From assembly GCA_951406725.2 (NCBI GenBank), contig OX597832.1, forward strand, positions 5,456,001-5,520,000: 64,000 bases of DNA. The letters are read 5' to 3'. Made by a program: the position numbers and the translations under genes. Source of the DNA: Octopus vulgaris. Taxonomy: Eukaryota. The first letter of the stretch is position 1, and each line of letters begins with the position of its first letter. Below are positions 25,107 to 38,935 of the stretch, one piece after another. The notes beneath the pieces are model-generated. The model saw nothing but the letters and a program-made list of their open reading frames with translations. It was not told the origin of the DNA and ran no database searches.

Positions 25107-25469
25107 TACGATGGGCTATATATATATATATACATACATACATACATACATATACATGTATGTATGTATGTATGTATGTATGTATGTATGTATGTATGTA
25201 TGTATGTATTTAATAAATACAACATACATATTTTTTATGTGCTGATGATTGCTAAGATACCATCAAACCCTGATGATTGTGCTAGGACACTAGACGTGTT
25301 ATAAAACACTGTTTGGCATGTTCTCGCCACATGAAACTAATAGTCACACACACACACACAAAAACAATAACATATATCATGTTTATTAAATGATATACTC
25401 CATTTCACCAGATTGAGTACTTTTTTTGTTGATCTCACCATCACGGAACAGTACACTAGATATTATTTT

Positions 25470-25670
25470 ATTCTTTTATTCTCTTACTTGTTTCAGTCAT
25501 TCGATTGAGGCCATGCTGGAGCACTACCTGGAAGAATGCTAGTCGACCCCAGTACCTATTTTATAAGCTTGCCACTTATTCTATTGGTCTCTTAGGCGGA
25601 ACTGTTAAGTTGCAAGTACATAAACACACCGGTTGTCAAGCAGCGGTGGGTGATAAATACAGACAGATGC
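25470..25670 (-). mobile_element. Family A SINE, 3' portion
   Basis: ttacttgtttcagtcatt...gccatgctggagcac matches the reverse complement of the tail of 47943-48364. Confidence 0.75.
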
Positions 25671-25954
25671 CGCGCGCGCGCACACACACACACACGCACG
25701 TACACACACGCACACACTCACACACTCACACACACACTCACACATATACAAACACACACACATCCTTTAAGATTGTTTACGGGAAACGTTTTTGAGCATG
25801 CATATAAAAGCTGATAATCCATTATGCCGGCTACAGCTTAATGATATCAACAAGCAATAACAGTTTTATGGAGTTGCACCGACCGGTGCCGATATAATGT
25901 AGGATAAATATAGTATACATATACATTTGCTGCTTTCAACGTTAACGCCATATC

Positions 25955-26082
25955 GCCTGAGGAAATGAACACATGAATATGATCCATCCGGTGCCCATAG
26001 ATACTACGGACTATGGTGTAATCATCCCAGGAATACGTACTATGATCGTAAGAAACATGTGATTTGTGGAAACGCGCGTAGC
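25955..26082 (+). ncRNA. Type I hammerhead ribozyme motif with long helix II
   Basis: gc-CTGAGGA(25957)-aatgaacacatg...catgtgatttgtg-GAAA(26069)-cgcgcg-TA-gc; palindromic ACGCGCGT; the 3' side runs straight into a SINE fragment. Confidence 0.65.
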
Positions 26083-26239
26083 TTCTTTCAGTTTCCATCT
26101 ACAAAATACAATCAAATGACTGAAGCAAGTAAAAGAATAAAAAAATATATAGTGTACTGTAGAAGACACTTGTCCAAGGTGCCATGCAGTGGGACTGAAC
26201 ACAGAACTATGTGGTTGGGAAGCAAACTTCTTACTACAC

Positions 26240-26240
<1 letters not shown>
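26081..26240 (-). mobile_element. Family A SINE, 5' portion (decayed)
   Basis: gcttctttcagtttccatctac...agaagacacttgtccaaggtgccatgcagtgggactgaac is the reverse complement of the head of 47943-48364. Confidence 0.75.
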
Positions 26241-26626
<386 letters not shown>

Positions 26627-27000
26627 CAGTATTTTCTAGTTCAAATGCGGCAAGCTGACACCCTGGGGTTGATAAACCGACTTACACCTCTCCTCCGAAG
26701 TTGCTGGCCTTGTGCTAACATTTAAAACCAATATTCTGAAGTTCTTTCTGTCCGTTATTAGTTTAACATAAAGCATATGTGAATTTGCTATCATTAAACT
26801 TTGAATAAAATAGTTAGTGGGACTCGTTTGCGCAGCGCCTAAGTAACAGACGTTATTGCAACTATTTTTGTTTGCTATTTAATGCTGTTCAATATCGTAG
26901 GAATATTGCCGATTTGAGCACGTAAAAAGGTAACTGTACATCCCTAATACCTAGGGCGTGAGGGCTTACGTATCAAATGAAATGATCCCGATACGTGAAT

Positions 27001-27072
<72 letters not shown>

Positions 27073-27099
27073 TTATCTACCTACGTATGAGTGTGTATG

Positions 27100-27290
27100 T
27101 GTCTATGTTTGTGTTTGCGCACAACCACCGCCTGACAACCAGTGTCGGTTTGTTTACGTGCCCGTAAGCAGTTCAGTATAAGAGACCCTAGTATAAGTTC
27201 CCGACTTAAAAGTAAATGCTGGGATCGGTAAAGCGGTGCCCGTGCATGGCTGCAGTCCAATGTCTAAAACAAGTAAAAGATAAAAAGATA
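27100..27290 (+). mobile_element. Family A SINE, 3' portion (decayed)
   Basis: cctgacaaccagtgtcggtttgtttacgt...gcggtgcccgtgcatggctgcagtccaatgtctaaaacaagtaaaagataaaaaga. Confidence 0.7.
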
Positions 27291-30200
27291 TACCCGTATT
27301 CAGAAAAGGAAAGTATTGTTGAACAATGATTTACACAACCAAACAAAGCCAAGGGCACCAACTCAAAATTAGACACTTCTCTTCATATTGTGCTTAATTA
27401 TAAGCTGTACTTTGATTGTAGAACAGGCTAGCAAACACAAAATATCTTGTTTATGGGTTCAGTATACTTTTACTTATTAGCTCTGAACACCGATCCTTCA
27501 GTCGCTAGCCTAGCATTCATCGACTCCACTTCTGCAGATTTCCAAGTATAAACGTTGCTAGCTTGCTTCGAATCTAGCAATAATTTATTTAAATAATGCA
27601 GGTATTTCGTTGGTCGTTTGAGACTGTTTGGACCTAAATTACGATGTCTTCTTCATGCTTTTATATTACAAAACCTGCTTTTTACACTTTGAATTCTCAA
27701 TTAAATTTTAAATTTGGACTGGTACAGAAATTATTGCCAAGAAGGCTGCATAAACAAATCCAAAGGCTTAATCTTCGGTAATACAGTATTACTAAAAGTG
27801 TGAGATGTATTTCGTGCGAGTTGCATCTTGGAATACGAGATAAAAACAAACAAAAAAAAACGATGTGATATCGAAGCATATTATATATGTTTACTAGTGT
27901 GTTGCTTATATTGGTTTCTAATGCTTCAGATATGCTTAAATGGGGCTCGAAGTGAATCTATAGAGAAACAAAAGGTAATTTCTATTTACGCTCACAGCCA
28001 GGACTGTCGCAGCTAATGCTTTAATGATTTACTTTACATGAAAAATTCCGATCCAAGGGTATAAAGAAAAGGTATTGCAGTTGTCTCTGTTAACTAAAGA
28101 TTCGACGATCGAATAAGATTAAAGTATTATAAACAGAGTAGAAGCGGGGATATGTGAGGAATACTTGGCTCACTCACCTTGACAACAGTATTTATTAGTA
28201 AAACTAGTGTTTCTAATGGAAATACCGCAAACAACGTCAAGATCGAACTCGTTCATCCGGTTGTAATATTTCCTGAAACCTTAAACTACTCTGGAAAACT
28301 TTTTAAAGTTTTAAAGACATCATCTACTTTTTATTCTCTATTTCGTTTTCAGATTTCTTTATAAGCTAAGGAGTGATTAAACTAGACAATCAAAGCAGCA
28401 GAAAAGCAATTGAACAGGTACATACGTATATGTTTCAGGAACACAATGTCAACGTGAATTAGAAACTCGACATACAGACAATAAAAGTTTGTTGTGTTGT
28501 GAGAAAGAACAATAGACATGGATTATTTCTTTCGTTTTATTTAACTCCTTATTATGGTTACTTATTCAGTAAAATCAGCTTTGACAATGTATAATTGTTT
28601 TAACTAGTTATATTCTGAAATTTATGTGTAATATCAATCAAAATTTATTCTGTCTCTTATCATCACAATGAAAGATTTAAGTAAATAGAGATACGAAGGT
28701 GCAAACTTTTTCGTACAGCTCACGTAGGCTTAGAATTGTTTGTTCAAATTTAATCTACTCTACAAGCAATTAGATTACATAAGCTGACTGTAGTGCTCAA
28801 ATTTGGTTTTCATGTTATCGTCATGCATATTCAATAACCCATTTGAAAAATGTCCCGGTTTTCGGGCCATGCGTATTTCACGCGATAGATAAAGTAAGAC
28901 GAACCCAGTTCACGCTACTCGTCTTTGCAGATCTAAATGTTTCATCTCTTTCAGAGCATATTTTCTTATCAACTCATTAATCATTTTTAGTATAACTAGA
29001 AGAAAAACAAATATAAAAGGGTATCATTCGAAGAAGTTATTTACATTAGTTTGTTTTCATTAACCTTATTTACATGAAATATCAAGTACTTAATTTACTA
29101 GATTAGATCCGGGTTCATCGTTTTATATGCACCTAACACCAATCTGCAACGATGAATTATCGGATCTTCGTTCATTTAAATTATGTAAATTCGAAGAATA
29201 CACTTACATAGATCTCCAAAGTGAATAAAATTCTATTTTTCATTAGCGTAGCTCCGAAGGCAAGGTAAGTATTGCTGGGGAAGGTACACTACATTTTATT
29301 ACTATTTTTTCTTCTCCTGAAATTTGTGAGCCTAGGAATTTTGTGCCTAGAGCAACCACCTCTGTGGCCTCGCTACCCCATTATTTATTAATAGTATTTG
29401 ATGGACTTCTGATTTCGTTGTAACCTGCTAATGTTTTGTACGGTCACTAAAATATTTATGTTGTTAATTTGTATCGTCTTCAGCAAATTCTTACGTCCAT
29501 ACAAAAGGCATTTAAACTCTCAGTGACAGGCCTTTAGGGTGATTAACATTTTACCATACTACGTGGCAAATTCTCCGAATAATTAAGTTACCTTGCAACG
29601 TTGAGCTCGAATACTCACGTGAAAATATTCGCTTATCCCCTAACTTACATGCAATGGTGTTAATGCCGATAAATATCTCTGCTTGTGAAAATTTAAGCTA
29701 TTCATTTTAACATTCATACTTGAACGAGACAAATTAAAACTGATTTTTTTTTATTTCATATGTACTGTTCGATGTCAATTTATAACTTTGTAAAATGTTA
29801 TAAGAATTTTCCAACGGTCTGGACTGATTGCTTCGTTAGAGAGTGAGAGAGAGGGGAGAGAGAGAAGGAAAGAGAGGGGGAGATTTTTGTGTCTTTTGTT
29901 AATCGAAGTTTGATGCCTACAAAACTCTACACTTTACCAATAAAAATGTTTTACTGACGCAAACCACAACTAGTTTCCCAAGATTCCTATTTACTTTAGA
30001 TTCATAGTGATGAGAAAATGAGACTGTATGATGCTCTTGGTTTCTTAATAGCATTAGTGTTGTAACTGAAGTGAAGTTGTCGCGCCCGGAAATCGAATCA
30101 GGCTACAAAGTAGGCTCACCAGTAGCTAAGCTTTATTATACGAAACTTGACAGTGTGAGAAAATGTAATCTAAACCTGATAAGAACCACCCCATATTTCG

Positions 30201-30764
30201 TTTTTAAGTATTTAAAGGATTACAGATAAATCCTTCCAATTCCAAGCAGAAAGGTGAACTATGGAACGTGGGATTACGTTGAGAACACTGGTAATTTAAA
30301 TTAACACGCTATTATAATATCACGATTTATGTCAACCCAATAAAAATAATGTTTATCCAGATATCACGTGAAGATCACTCGTTGTTTAGCATCTATGTTA
30401 TTTGATCAAATTCTCATTACTTTAGTTGCTAGAAAAAAACAATACTTAATTCTTATGTCGATATTATAAGTAGTAGTAAATTATTCAATACTACTGCCAA
30501 TTTTAGAAAGTAATATATACCAAAATGTATCATTTGTCGATTAACTTCTGATGTAATCTTCAATACATGAAGCTTTAAAAGTAAGTTTTAGGGTCGATTA
30601 CTGACTAAACACGCTTCGAATGGTGTCTCAGCAAGGCTGGAGTCCAGTGACTGAAACATGTAAAGGATGAAAGATATCCGTGTCTATTATATGTATATAT
30701 AATACAGACAGACAGACACGCGCGCGCACACACACAGACACAGACACACACACAGAGGAAAGTA

Positions 30765-31018
30765 TTACTAAGTGGCGGAGTTCCATCACCATGGGAACCA
30801 AAAACTTCGAAGCCACCAGAAGAGAACAGGAAGAAATCAAACGACAGGAGAGAAAGGCTCGACAAACTCGTCCTCCACCAACGTCACCATGCAGTCAATG
30901 CCATCGACTCTGCTATGCAAGAATTGGTCTACAGAGTCATCAATGGCATCACCATAAAGGAAGCATTCAGCAAAGAAGAAAATAAATTTTCAGATACGAA
31001 ATAAAGCCGACAACGAGG
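30765..31018 (+). mobile_element. RTE/BovB-type LINE 3' end
   Basis: KWRSSITMGTKNFEATR...KRQERKAR...PCSQCHRLCYARIGLQSHQWHH with tail ttttcagatacgaaataaagccgacaacga. Confidence 0.8.
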
Positions 31019-31033
31019 ATATATATATATTAA

Positions 31034-31090
31034 GGGCATTACGCTAGGAGGGACTCTTAAAGCGGGAGGCATTTATGTATAGTAATGCCC
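31034..31090. mobile_element. 57-bp mini-MITE flanked by TTAA
   Basis: ttaa-gggcattac...gtaatgccc-ttaa; the inverted repeat extends to 17 bp (31026-31042 / 31082-31098). Confidence 0.5.
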
Positions 31091-32923
31091 TTAATATAAA
31101 TAAATATATTTATAGGGAATAATTAATAAATTAATTATTTTTCACGCTAACTACTTGATAAATTCTTATAAAGATTTTATCCTATATTTAAATTGTATAT
31201 ATATATAACGAAAATATTAAAAATATAGAAATGCAAAGGTGTAACCAAATAAAAATTTTATATATTATTTAAATCCTAAAGGGATTTCTGAATCACTGAA
31301 ATAGATTGTTTTTTCTTAACTTATGAAGTTATTGGTACAACGCAAAAGATTTAGCGTAAGTATAAGTAGAACTGGAAATGTCTTTTCCCGCCATTATAAT
31401 TCCCAGAATTCCCAATTTTTAACTGCTGCTGTAACTTACAGCCTGACAATACCTGTTTCAAGTCTGTGGACTGGGCTGTTTGAATATCAAGTTTTTCAGC
31501 TATGGACACAACTCAGTGACAATGACAAGTTGAAAACAGCCAACCTGCTCATCGATTGTCCCATAACCGATCGATTTGACCGCTCACGCTTTTTAAAAAT
31601 ATAACGCTGTATCACTTTATTGGTTGTTATCTATGGATCATTTTATTCGTATAGAATCATAAATCTTGACTAAAGCAACAACATCAACACAAGCCAACGA
31701 GGAAAGTCTTACTGGTTGCATGCAACCAGTAGAACTTTCTGAATAGGACGCCAAATGAAATGTTACCTTGAATATTTTAGTAGTGCGGCCTGGCTGATGA
31801 TGAGCCATGTCTCATGCAACCCGCTTAAGGAAAAAGGTTGTCAATGCTTCCTCTGGGAATTCGCTGGAAATATCAACCAAAACTCCCTCACATCACACGT
31901 TTCGTCTGAAGAAAAGAAAAGAGCATACTCAACAATGTATTCATAGGTGCACTATAACAGACGAAAAGTCAGGAGAGTCACGAATGGAATGTCTTTAATT
32001 ATACATCAGTATAATCAAAAGTCACTTGCAGTTAAACTACCTCCACAATACTACTAACAACAGACAAACATCCCTCAAATAACGCCGTTTCCTTTTTTAA
32101 AAAATAATACACTTACATAATATGATCGTAGATGCAATGTCTGAAATCATGACGCATTCATCAAAGCTAAAATATTTTTGAGCATTTGTTTTCTGGCTGC
32201 CGTTTGACCTGTGGCTACGCAACAATAACAACAACAGCAACAACAACAACATGGCTATAAACCAACTAGGGAACCTCTATATGGTTGCTCGACACGCTAA
32301 AAATAGTATCCAAATTATCTCAAGCGCATTCTAATTTATTTAAAGGATAAGTTGAATAATATTCAAGATAATGCCTGAAAACAAAACAAAATAGTCCCGG
32401 CTGGATTGCTTTTGATGCTGGTTCTGCTTCATCAGGTCTGACAAGGAGCTAAAGGGCCAAACCATAACAACAATAATGAATGCTAGAACATGCTGTCGTC
32501 TGTAAAATGGTTACGCATGACTCGGTGTTTATGACAGTTATTTTGTATAATAAATTTTAGATGCCATGTAATGCTTGTGTGTCGAATGTTTAGTTCATTG
32601 CGTCGTGGTTGTACACCAGTCATTATCAAGCTGTTTTTGATGTTGCTATGTAAACTGAATTTGACATGAATTCAAACAATGATAAAGTCGTTACATCAAT
32701 CAGACGTTTTATCAGAGAACAAATAAATCGTCGTGATTAAATAATACATTATTACAAGTACAGGTGTCATTGTTATCAAAACCGCGACCTCGTCTTTATT
32801 CATTCCGACATCAGACATTGTAACAGACAATAGTAACAGCCGATGTGTTGGGCGGGAGGGGGATTGTTACTTTAGTTGGTGTAGTTACATAACAGCAATA
32901 ATAATATTAATAATAATAATAAT

Positions 32924-33228
32924 TGTTGTTTGTTCCTTCTCGAGCCACGCCTGGCTCATAGGGCCGATTTCCCGGTTTCCTTGGCGTATAGGTTCCCCAC
33001 CTGGACGGGACGCCGGTCCGTCGCAGGTGGGCTGCAAGATGCAGGAGGAAAGAGTGAGAGAAAGTTGTGGCGAAAGAGTCAGCAGAGGTTTGCCATTACC
33101 CTCTGCCGGAGCCGCGTAGAGCTTAGGTGTTTCGCTTATAAACATACACATCACCCGGTCTGAGATTCGAACTCGCGATCCCTCGACCACGAGTCCGCTG
33201 CCCTAACCGCCAGGCCATGTGTCGCCAC
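32924..33228 (-). mobile_element. tRNA-derived SINE (family D)
   Basis: Minus head TGGCCTGGCGGttagg...GAGTTCGAATCT; 3' end ggcgtcccgtccaggtggggaacc...gaaaccgggaaa shared with 2497-2702; (TAA)n on both flanks. Confidence 0.85.
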
Positions 33229-33434
33229 AATAATAATAAAAAATCATGGAACAGGATTATGCAATAAAATAATCTCTCACGAGTACACAATAAAATAATA
33301 TCTACACACCATCTCATATTATAACATATTAGGACATAAATCTATAAAATAACATTAGTGCATGAACAACATACGCTTAATGTTCAAATAAATAAGTCGA
33401 AAAGTCCTACCATTCATAAAATAACTCCTAATTA

Positions 33435-33853
33435 CTGTATTTAATGGCATATAAGACGCATTCTCACAAGAAAGAGTCTTAAAAATTACCTCGGATCCTA
33501 TATGCATCGATTTCAAATTTTGGCACAAGGCCAATAATTTCTAGAGAGAGGTGTAAGTCGATAGCATCAATCCCAGGGCTAAACTGGTACTTATTTTATC
33601 GATCCCGAAAGGATAAAAGGGTAAGTCGACCTCGGCAGAATTTGAATTCCGAATGTAGAGACGGACCAAATGCCGCTGAGTATTTTGCCCGGTGTACTAA
33701 CGATTCTGCCAGCTCGCTGCCTTAGGTTGTTTTAAATATTACACGCTTTAATGCACTAATACCATTTTGTTTTGTTTTGTTTTCCTGGATATGTGTTTTT
33801 GAAATTTAGGTACGTCTAATATGCTTGTACGCCTTCTATATCATCAAATACAG
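33435..33853. mobile_element. Tc2/pogo-like MITE interrupted by a SINE
   Basis: Imperfect TIRs ctgtatttaatggcatataagacgca / tacgccttctatatcatcaaatacag with TA flanks; a related left end occurs at about 54161. Confidence 0.65.
33508..33724 (-). mobile_element. Family B SINE, full length
   Basis: Reverse complement aggcagcgagctggcagaatcgttagtacaccgggcaaaat...ggccttgtgccaaaatttgaaa. Confidence 0.9.
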
Positions 33854-34663
33854 TAACGGAAATTTCTCGCTTAGCAGGCGAAAGGAAACAAAAAGCCCAA
33901 TTGTAAGCGACTCGCAAAGAAAAAAATTAATTAGTTTTTCACGACGTTAATTTACATGCTTTGAGGAAAATTTCATCATTGTTTGAAGGCAAGGAATAAC
34001 TACAAATTGCCAACTGCTTTTCTTTATGCATAAATATCTGTTGACATACTAGGCAGACTTAAGTTGACTTATATTGTATTATGTATATTCCACTCAAATG
34101 TGAGTAAGAACAAAGAAGTTTCGGGTTGGAGCTCGGACAAGCAAAGAATTTGTAAAGGTAGAGAGAATCTACTCACACGATAAAAAAAGTGGAAAGATAA
34201 ATCTGCATTAAAACATGATCAAGTTTGACAATTTACTACTGAACATCATATCAAAAATGCCTATTACACCGATTTATACTTAACTGTAATTAAAAGTATC
34301 TATTGAAAATCTATAGTAATATAATAGCATTCAGTCATATCACAAGGACACACTGACCCATTTATCGAGACCTTTGAAAGATAATTTGTTTTGCACAATT
34401 AAGTAGATAACAAATTTCAAGTGGAAAACTAATGCTTAATAAAATAAAGTAGCAATCGCCCATTGTTAAATTCAATCGTTTTTACCAGTGCGCGCGCGCG
34501 TAGGTAGATAGGTAGCCTGGATGTATCCCAGCTGTTTCCATCTTGAAGCACATCTGCTTATTCCATTATTACAATCAATATGTAACTACAATTGCTACTG
34601 TATGTTTGTTCAAAATACATCTTAAAACTGAGAATTATGGAAATATATGCTGAGGTATTGTAT

Positions 34664-34970
34664 AACAAAATAGGAATTTTTTTGGTATTTATTCACCATT
34701 ACACGTGTTTCATTTACTAATAGGGATTACAAAGCTTTACATGTTGGATAGTCATGTAAGGAATTTCCTATTAAAAATTTTTCAGAAAGAAATTAAATCA
34801 TATATATTTATGTATTATTATATATTATTTAATTTAGCTGTTTGAAGAATTTCTAGTAGAAACTTCTTTACATGTGTATATAACATGTCAAATTCCTATT
34901 AGCAAATGAAACATGTAGAATGGAGAATAAATAGTACCAAACAATTGCCAATTTCCTGTTTTATTTTGTT
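34664..34970. mobile_element. Old, decayed hairpin MITE
   Basis: tatttattcaccattacacgtgttttcatttactaataggga pairs with ttcctattagcaaatgaaacatgtagaatggagaataaata; inner arms 34756-34799 / 34827-34871 also pair. Confidence 0.6.
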
Positions 34971-35954
34971 CTATATATATATATATGAATGTGTGCATGT
35001 GTTTGTTTGTGTGTGTGTGTTTATCGCATTTGCATTAAATGCATATTGAATGCTTAAATGTTTGTTTACTCGTTCCTTTTTGTCATTGAGCATTGAGGTG
35101 GTTGTGTCGGGTGTTAAAAATATGAGCTAAATAAGATTTTTGGGTAAATATTTTGAATTAACACACACATTTATTTACATAAAAGAAAATTACCGAAGAC
35201 ATGACATGTGTTGTTTACAAATTTTGACAATACGTGCTATTTTCAGGATATTGACGACAAAATGTGCAGTCACACACAATGACAGCTTCCAGATCCTGTT
35301 TCCTGACTGGATGAAAATGATCCAACTTTAAACCTCTATAACTTTTTAAAAACATTTTTCTAGAAAAAAATGAAGTAACTCCAAGTTTTCGGTAAACTTT
35401 AATTTTTGAAATGCTGGCAGCCAAACCGATAAGATCCGAATGCAATGAGTAGGTTTTGCAGTTATGGTCAGGATTGTTCGCAACCAATAACTAACTTCCA
35501 CTACCATTCAACTGATTTACGATTCTCCGTTATTCATTACCTCAGGACAATTTTATTTCACTCATCTCAGATCCAACAATTCATGCCGACCTGTAACATG
35601 ACATTTTCACAAACAGCAATATAAAATCAAATTAAAATCCAGTGCAAGAGAGGTCTTTGCTACATGTACACTCTCTATTTAGTCCTGTGAAACTAACGTC
35701 CTGTGAGACTATAATTCTAACTCTAAAAAAATCTCTTGCAAAATGCAATCTATGAGAATTTTCCTAAGACTCTATTTGCGCATTTATTTATTTTCTTTGC
35801 TATGTATCGTACAGCATACACTTTATTCCTTTCTTCATACATCACAAAGAGAGAGGAGAGAGAATATTTTTTTTGCCATTTTTTTCCCTTTCTATTTTTG
35901 TTGTCTGTTGGCTTTTAATTTTAAGTCTATTGTCAGTTTAGGAGCTGGGCAATA

Positions 35955-36014
<60 letters not shown>

Positions 36015-36020
36015 CACTTT

Positions 36021-36102
36021 CTTTCCTGATGAGAAGATTGCATAATGCACCCTTTATTCCTTTGGAATGAAAACATGCTGTCTTCGAAACATGTGTCGAG
36101 AG
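36021..36102 (+). ncRNA. Type I hammerhead ribozyme motif (all core residues and three helices present)
   Basis: ctttc-CTGATGA(36026)-gaagattgcat...atgctgtcttc-GAAA(36086)-catgtg-TC-gagag; predicted cleavage after C36097. Lies at the start of an about 300-bp island between (TG)n and (TA)n. Confidence 0.8.
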
Positions 36103-36309
36103 TAAAAAAGGAATTTTGTTAACATCTTCGTTCGACTCCATTCTTTCATTTATTCATATACAACACAAATTTCTACACTGAAGGCCGGAGTTTCTACCCT
36201 TGACAGGTCGCTTCAACTGTGTTTTCTGACGTGAATTTGCTACCCAGGTTTCGGTTAAACGAATTTTCCATGCTGACGATAAACATAGATAATTCATTCA
36301 CCTATTTAA

Positions 36310-36408
<99 letters not shown>

Positions 36409-36409
36409 G

Positions 36410-36463
<54 letters not shown>

Positions 36464-36872
36464 GAGAGAGAGAGGGAGAGAGAGAGTTAATTATTCAGTA
36501 CGTATCACACACAGTTCTTTAGTTTCTATCAGACATGCTGCATTCGTATCTTGAACTTCACCGAACCACATTTGCTAGAGCCGAAGTGCAATCATACCAA
36601 CCTTACATAAAACAGATAATTATGATATGCTGAATAGATAATCATAGGAAATGTTATCAATAGTTAGTCATAGAAATTGTTCCTGTATCTGTGAAGTTTA
36701 ACGTTCAACGGCCATGATGACAATCGATCTATATTTGTCCCGTTGTCAGATAAAGAACAAGAATGCTTTTCATGAATTACAATAAGTATATTGAAGACCG
36801 GGGATGGGTTTCAGTACAAATGGCCATGATTAATGGTGTTATACTATTAAATGTTCTCTCCATTCCCCCCTT

Positions 36873-36904
<32 letters not shown>

Positions 36905-36928
36905 ACATACACATATAAATATATATAC

Positions 36929-36979
<51 letters not shown>

Positions 36980-37736
36980 CATATATATATATATACATAC
37001 ATATATATATATACATACATATATATATATATGTAGTTATGCTAGAGTTGACTTTGTGCTTTACCGATCTTACGTTAATAATATAAGGACTTATAAGTTA
37101 CTCACGACGACTCTATTTCTTTTTTACAATTTTATTTTTGTCCATATTTTGTATAACAGTCCTGAATCTTCCCTACTCATATATGGCATTAAAGGTGCAG
37201 TTAACATTAACGTTTTCAAGGAAAAGAAGATCGAAAGTTGTGTGCAAATTATCAGAGGAAAAATATTTGTAAGAAACTTTCTAAACAACCTTCAGGTCCT
37301 CGAGGAGAAGATTTTTCCTAAATCCTAGTACTATTCTCGTGTCTCTCGTGGCACAATAGACATGACATTTTCTGCAAGACAACGGCAGAAAAAAAAAACA
37401 TAAACAAAAAAAAAACCCCCAAAAAAACCGGAAAGCAACACTCTTCTTTCTTGTCTTCAACGATCTTGAAAAAGATCACGTGATGCTATATAGATGGTTG
37501 TTCGACGTTTCGGCTGTCCAAACTACTATACGTTAATAACTCAAGCTCTATACTACGGTATATCACGCTTTGTTTTCATGAAAACAAGATTTCTGAGAAG
37601 TTCCAAATTATATGTGTATTGAACTTACACATATTCTTGAACTTACGTGCTTTTTATATTTGTGGGCAATACTTTTTCTTCTGACGATCCAGGTGTTGAC
37701 ATCGTAAACCGTTTTCATGGTAGATTATTTAACATA

Positions 37737-38621
37737 CGAGGTGCATTCCAGAAGTTTTGAAACCATTTTAGGAAAAGCTGTCCTGAATTAATGTAATTTT
37801 AGTATATCATTGTTAGACAGCTAATAAGCTGACCTGCCAAATTTTGTTATTCCAGATTGAAAGAAACAGCTGTATCAGCACTTTGAACAGACCCTAGTAA
37901 ACACTGTTTGTCCCAGCTGACTGGTTTGCAGAGAGCAGTTGGAACGTGAATACAGTTTGGAAGCTCGCTTTGCAATAAAGTTTCGTGTTAAGTTGGGCAA
38001 AAACGCTAAGGCAACTTATAAATTGCTCCCGGCGGATTATGGACTAACTTGTATGAGCCGAGCAACTGTTTTTCGCTGGCACAACTGATCGGGCAAAGCA
38101 AATCCCCCAGGAAGCTCATGATAATCACCTTTTTCGACAGTAGAAGCATTATCTATATCCAATAGGTTCCTTTTTGCCAGACAGTGAACAAAGAATACTT
38201 TGTGGAAGTTCTGACGGAGTTCAGGAACCGATTTGATTGTAAAAGACCAGAGTTCTTCCACTCGAGTTGATGATACCTGCACCAGGACATTGCATCAGTC
38301 CACACTTTCATCCTGATAACCGAATACTTGAAAGAGATGGGTATCAAAACTATCTCTCACACCCCCTACAGTCCAAACCTTGCTCCCTCTGACTTTTGGT
38401 TGTTCCCTATGCTGAATGAGAAGATGAAGGAGGCTGAAGCAAGGGTTCTGAACACCTTCCCTGTGGAGCACTTCTGTGAGACCTTCACATAGTGGCTACT
38501 GCACTACTAAAAGTGCATTAAAGTCAAAGGATTCTGACTTAAGAGCTTAGAGTTTTGTACTTCTTTGAAATTAATAAATGTCTCTCCTGAAAAAGTCTCA
38601 AAACTTTTGGAATGCTTCTTG
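37737..38621 (+). mobile_element. Internally deleted mariner with both TIRs
   Basis: TA-cgaggtgcattccagaagttttga ... tcaaaacttttggaatgcttcttg-TA; relics LEARFAIKFRVKLGKN, LHQDIASVH, HTPYSPNLAPSDFWLFP. Confidence 0.85.
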
Positions 38622-38639
38622 TAACCAGATTTTGAACTC

Positions 38640-38935
38640 ATCATCTTACCAACATTCAACTCGTTTCAGAACTTCAGTCTGCAGATGATAATATTGTTCT
38701 CTGTCACACTCCGGAAATCAGATAACGTCTTCACTTGTGTTTATGATCGCTTCGGCCCAATAGTGAATATCAAGAAGACTAAAATCCCCGCCTCACCTAA
38801 ACTGAAGCCTAATCTCTCTGATTTCTACTTCATCATCTCTCTCGAGCAAACTAATCACTTTCCCCTTCTTCAAAGTTTTATTTTCAACATATATACATCT
38901 GGTAGGGATATGGAACGTAAATGCAGCGCATGTGA
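38640..38935 (+). mobile_element. RTE-type LINE RT fragment
   Basis: YDRFGPIVNIKKTKI...LEQTNHFPLL resembles the post-catalytic RT segment FGLxIxxKKT...LExVxxFxYLGS. Confidence 0.55.

Noticed and set aside
29241-29383. hAT-like MITE ends (cattagcgtagc / gctaccccatta)
   Set aside because: TIRs too degenerate and no 8-bp TSD.
37495-37520. Minus-strand gacagccGAAACGTC, a hammerhead 3' half
   Set aside because: No CUGANGA or complementary helix II strand found upstream on that strand.
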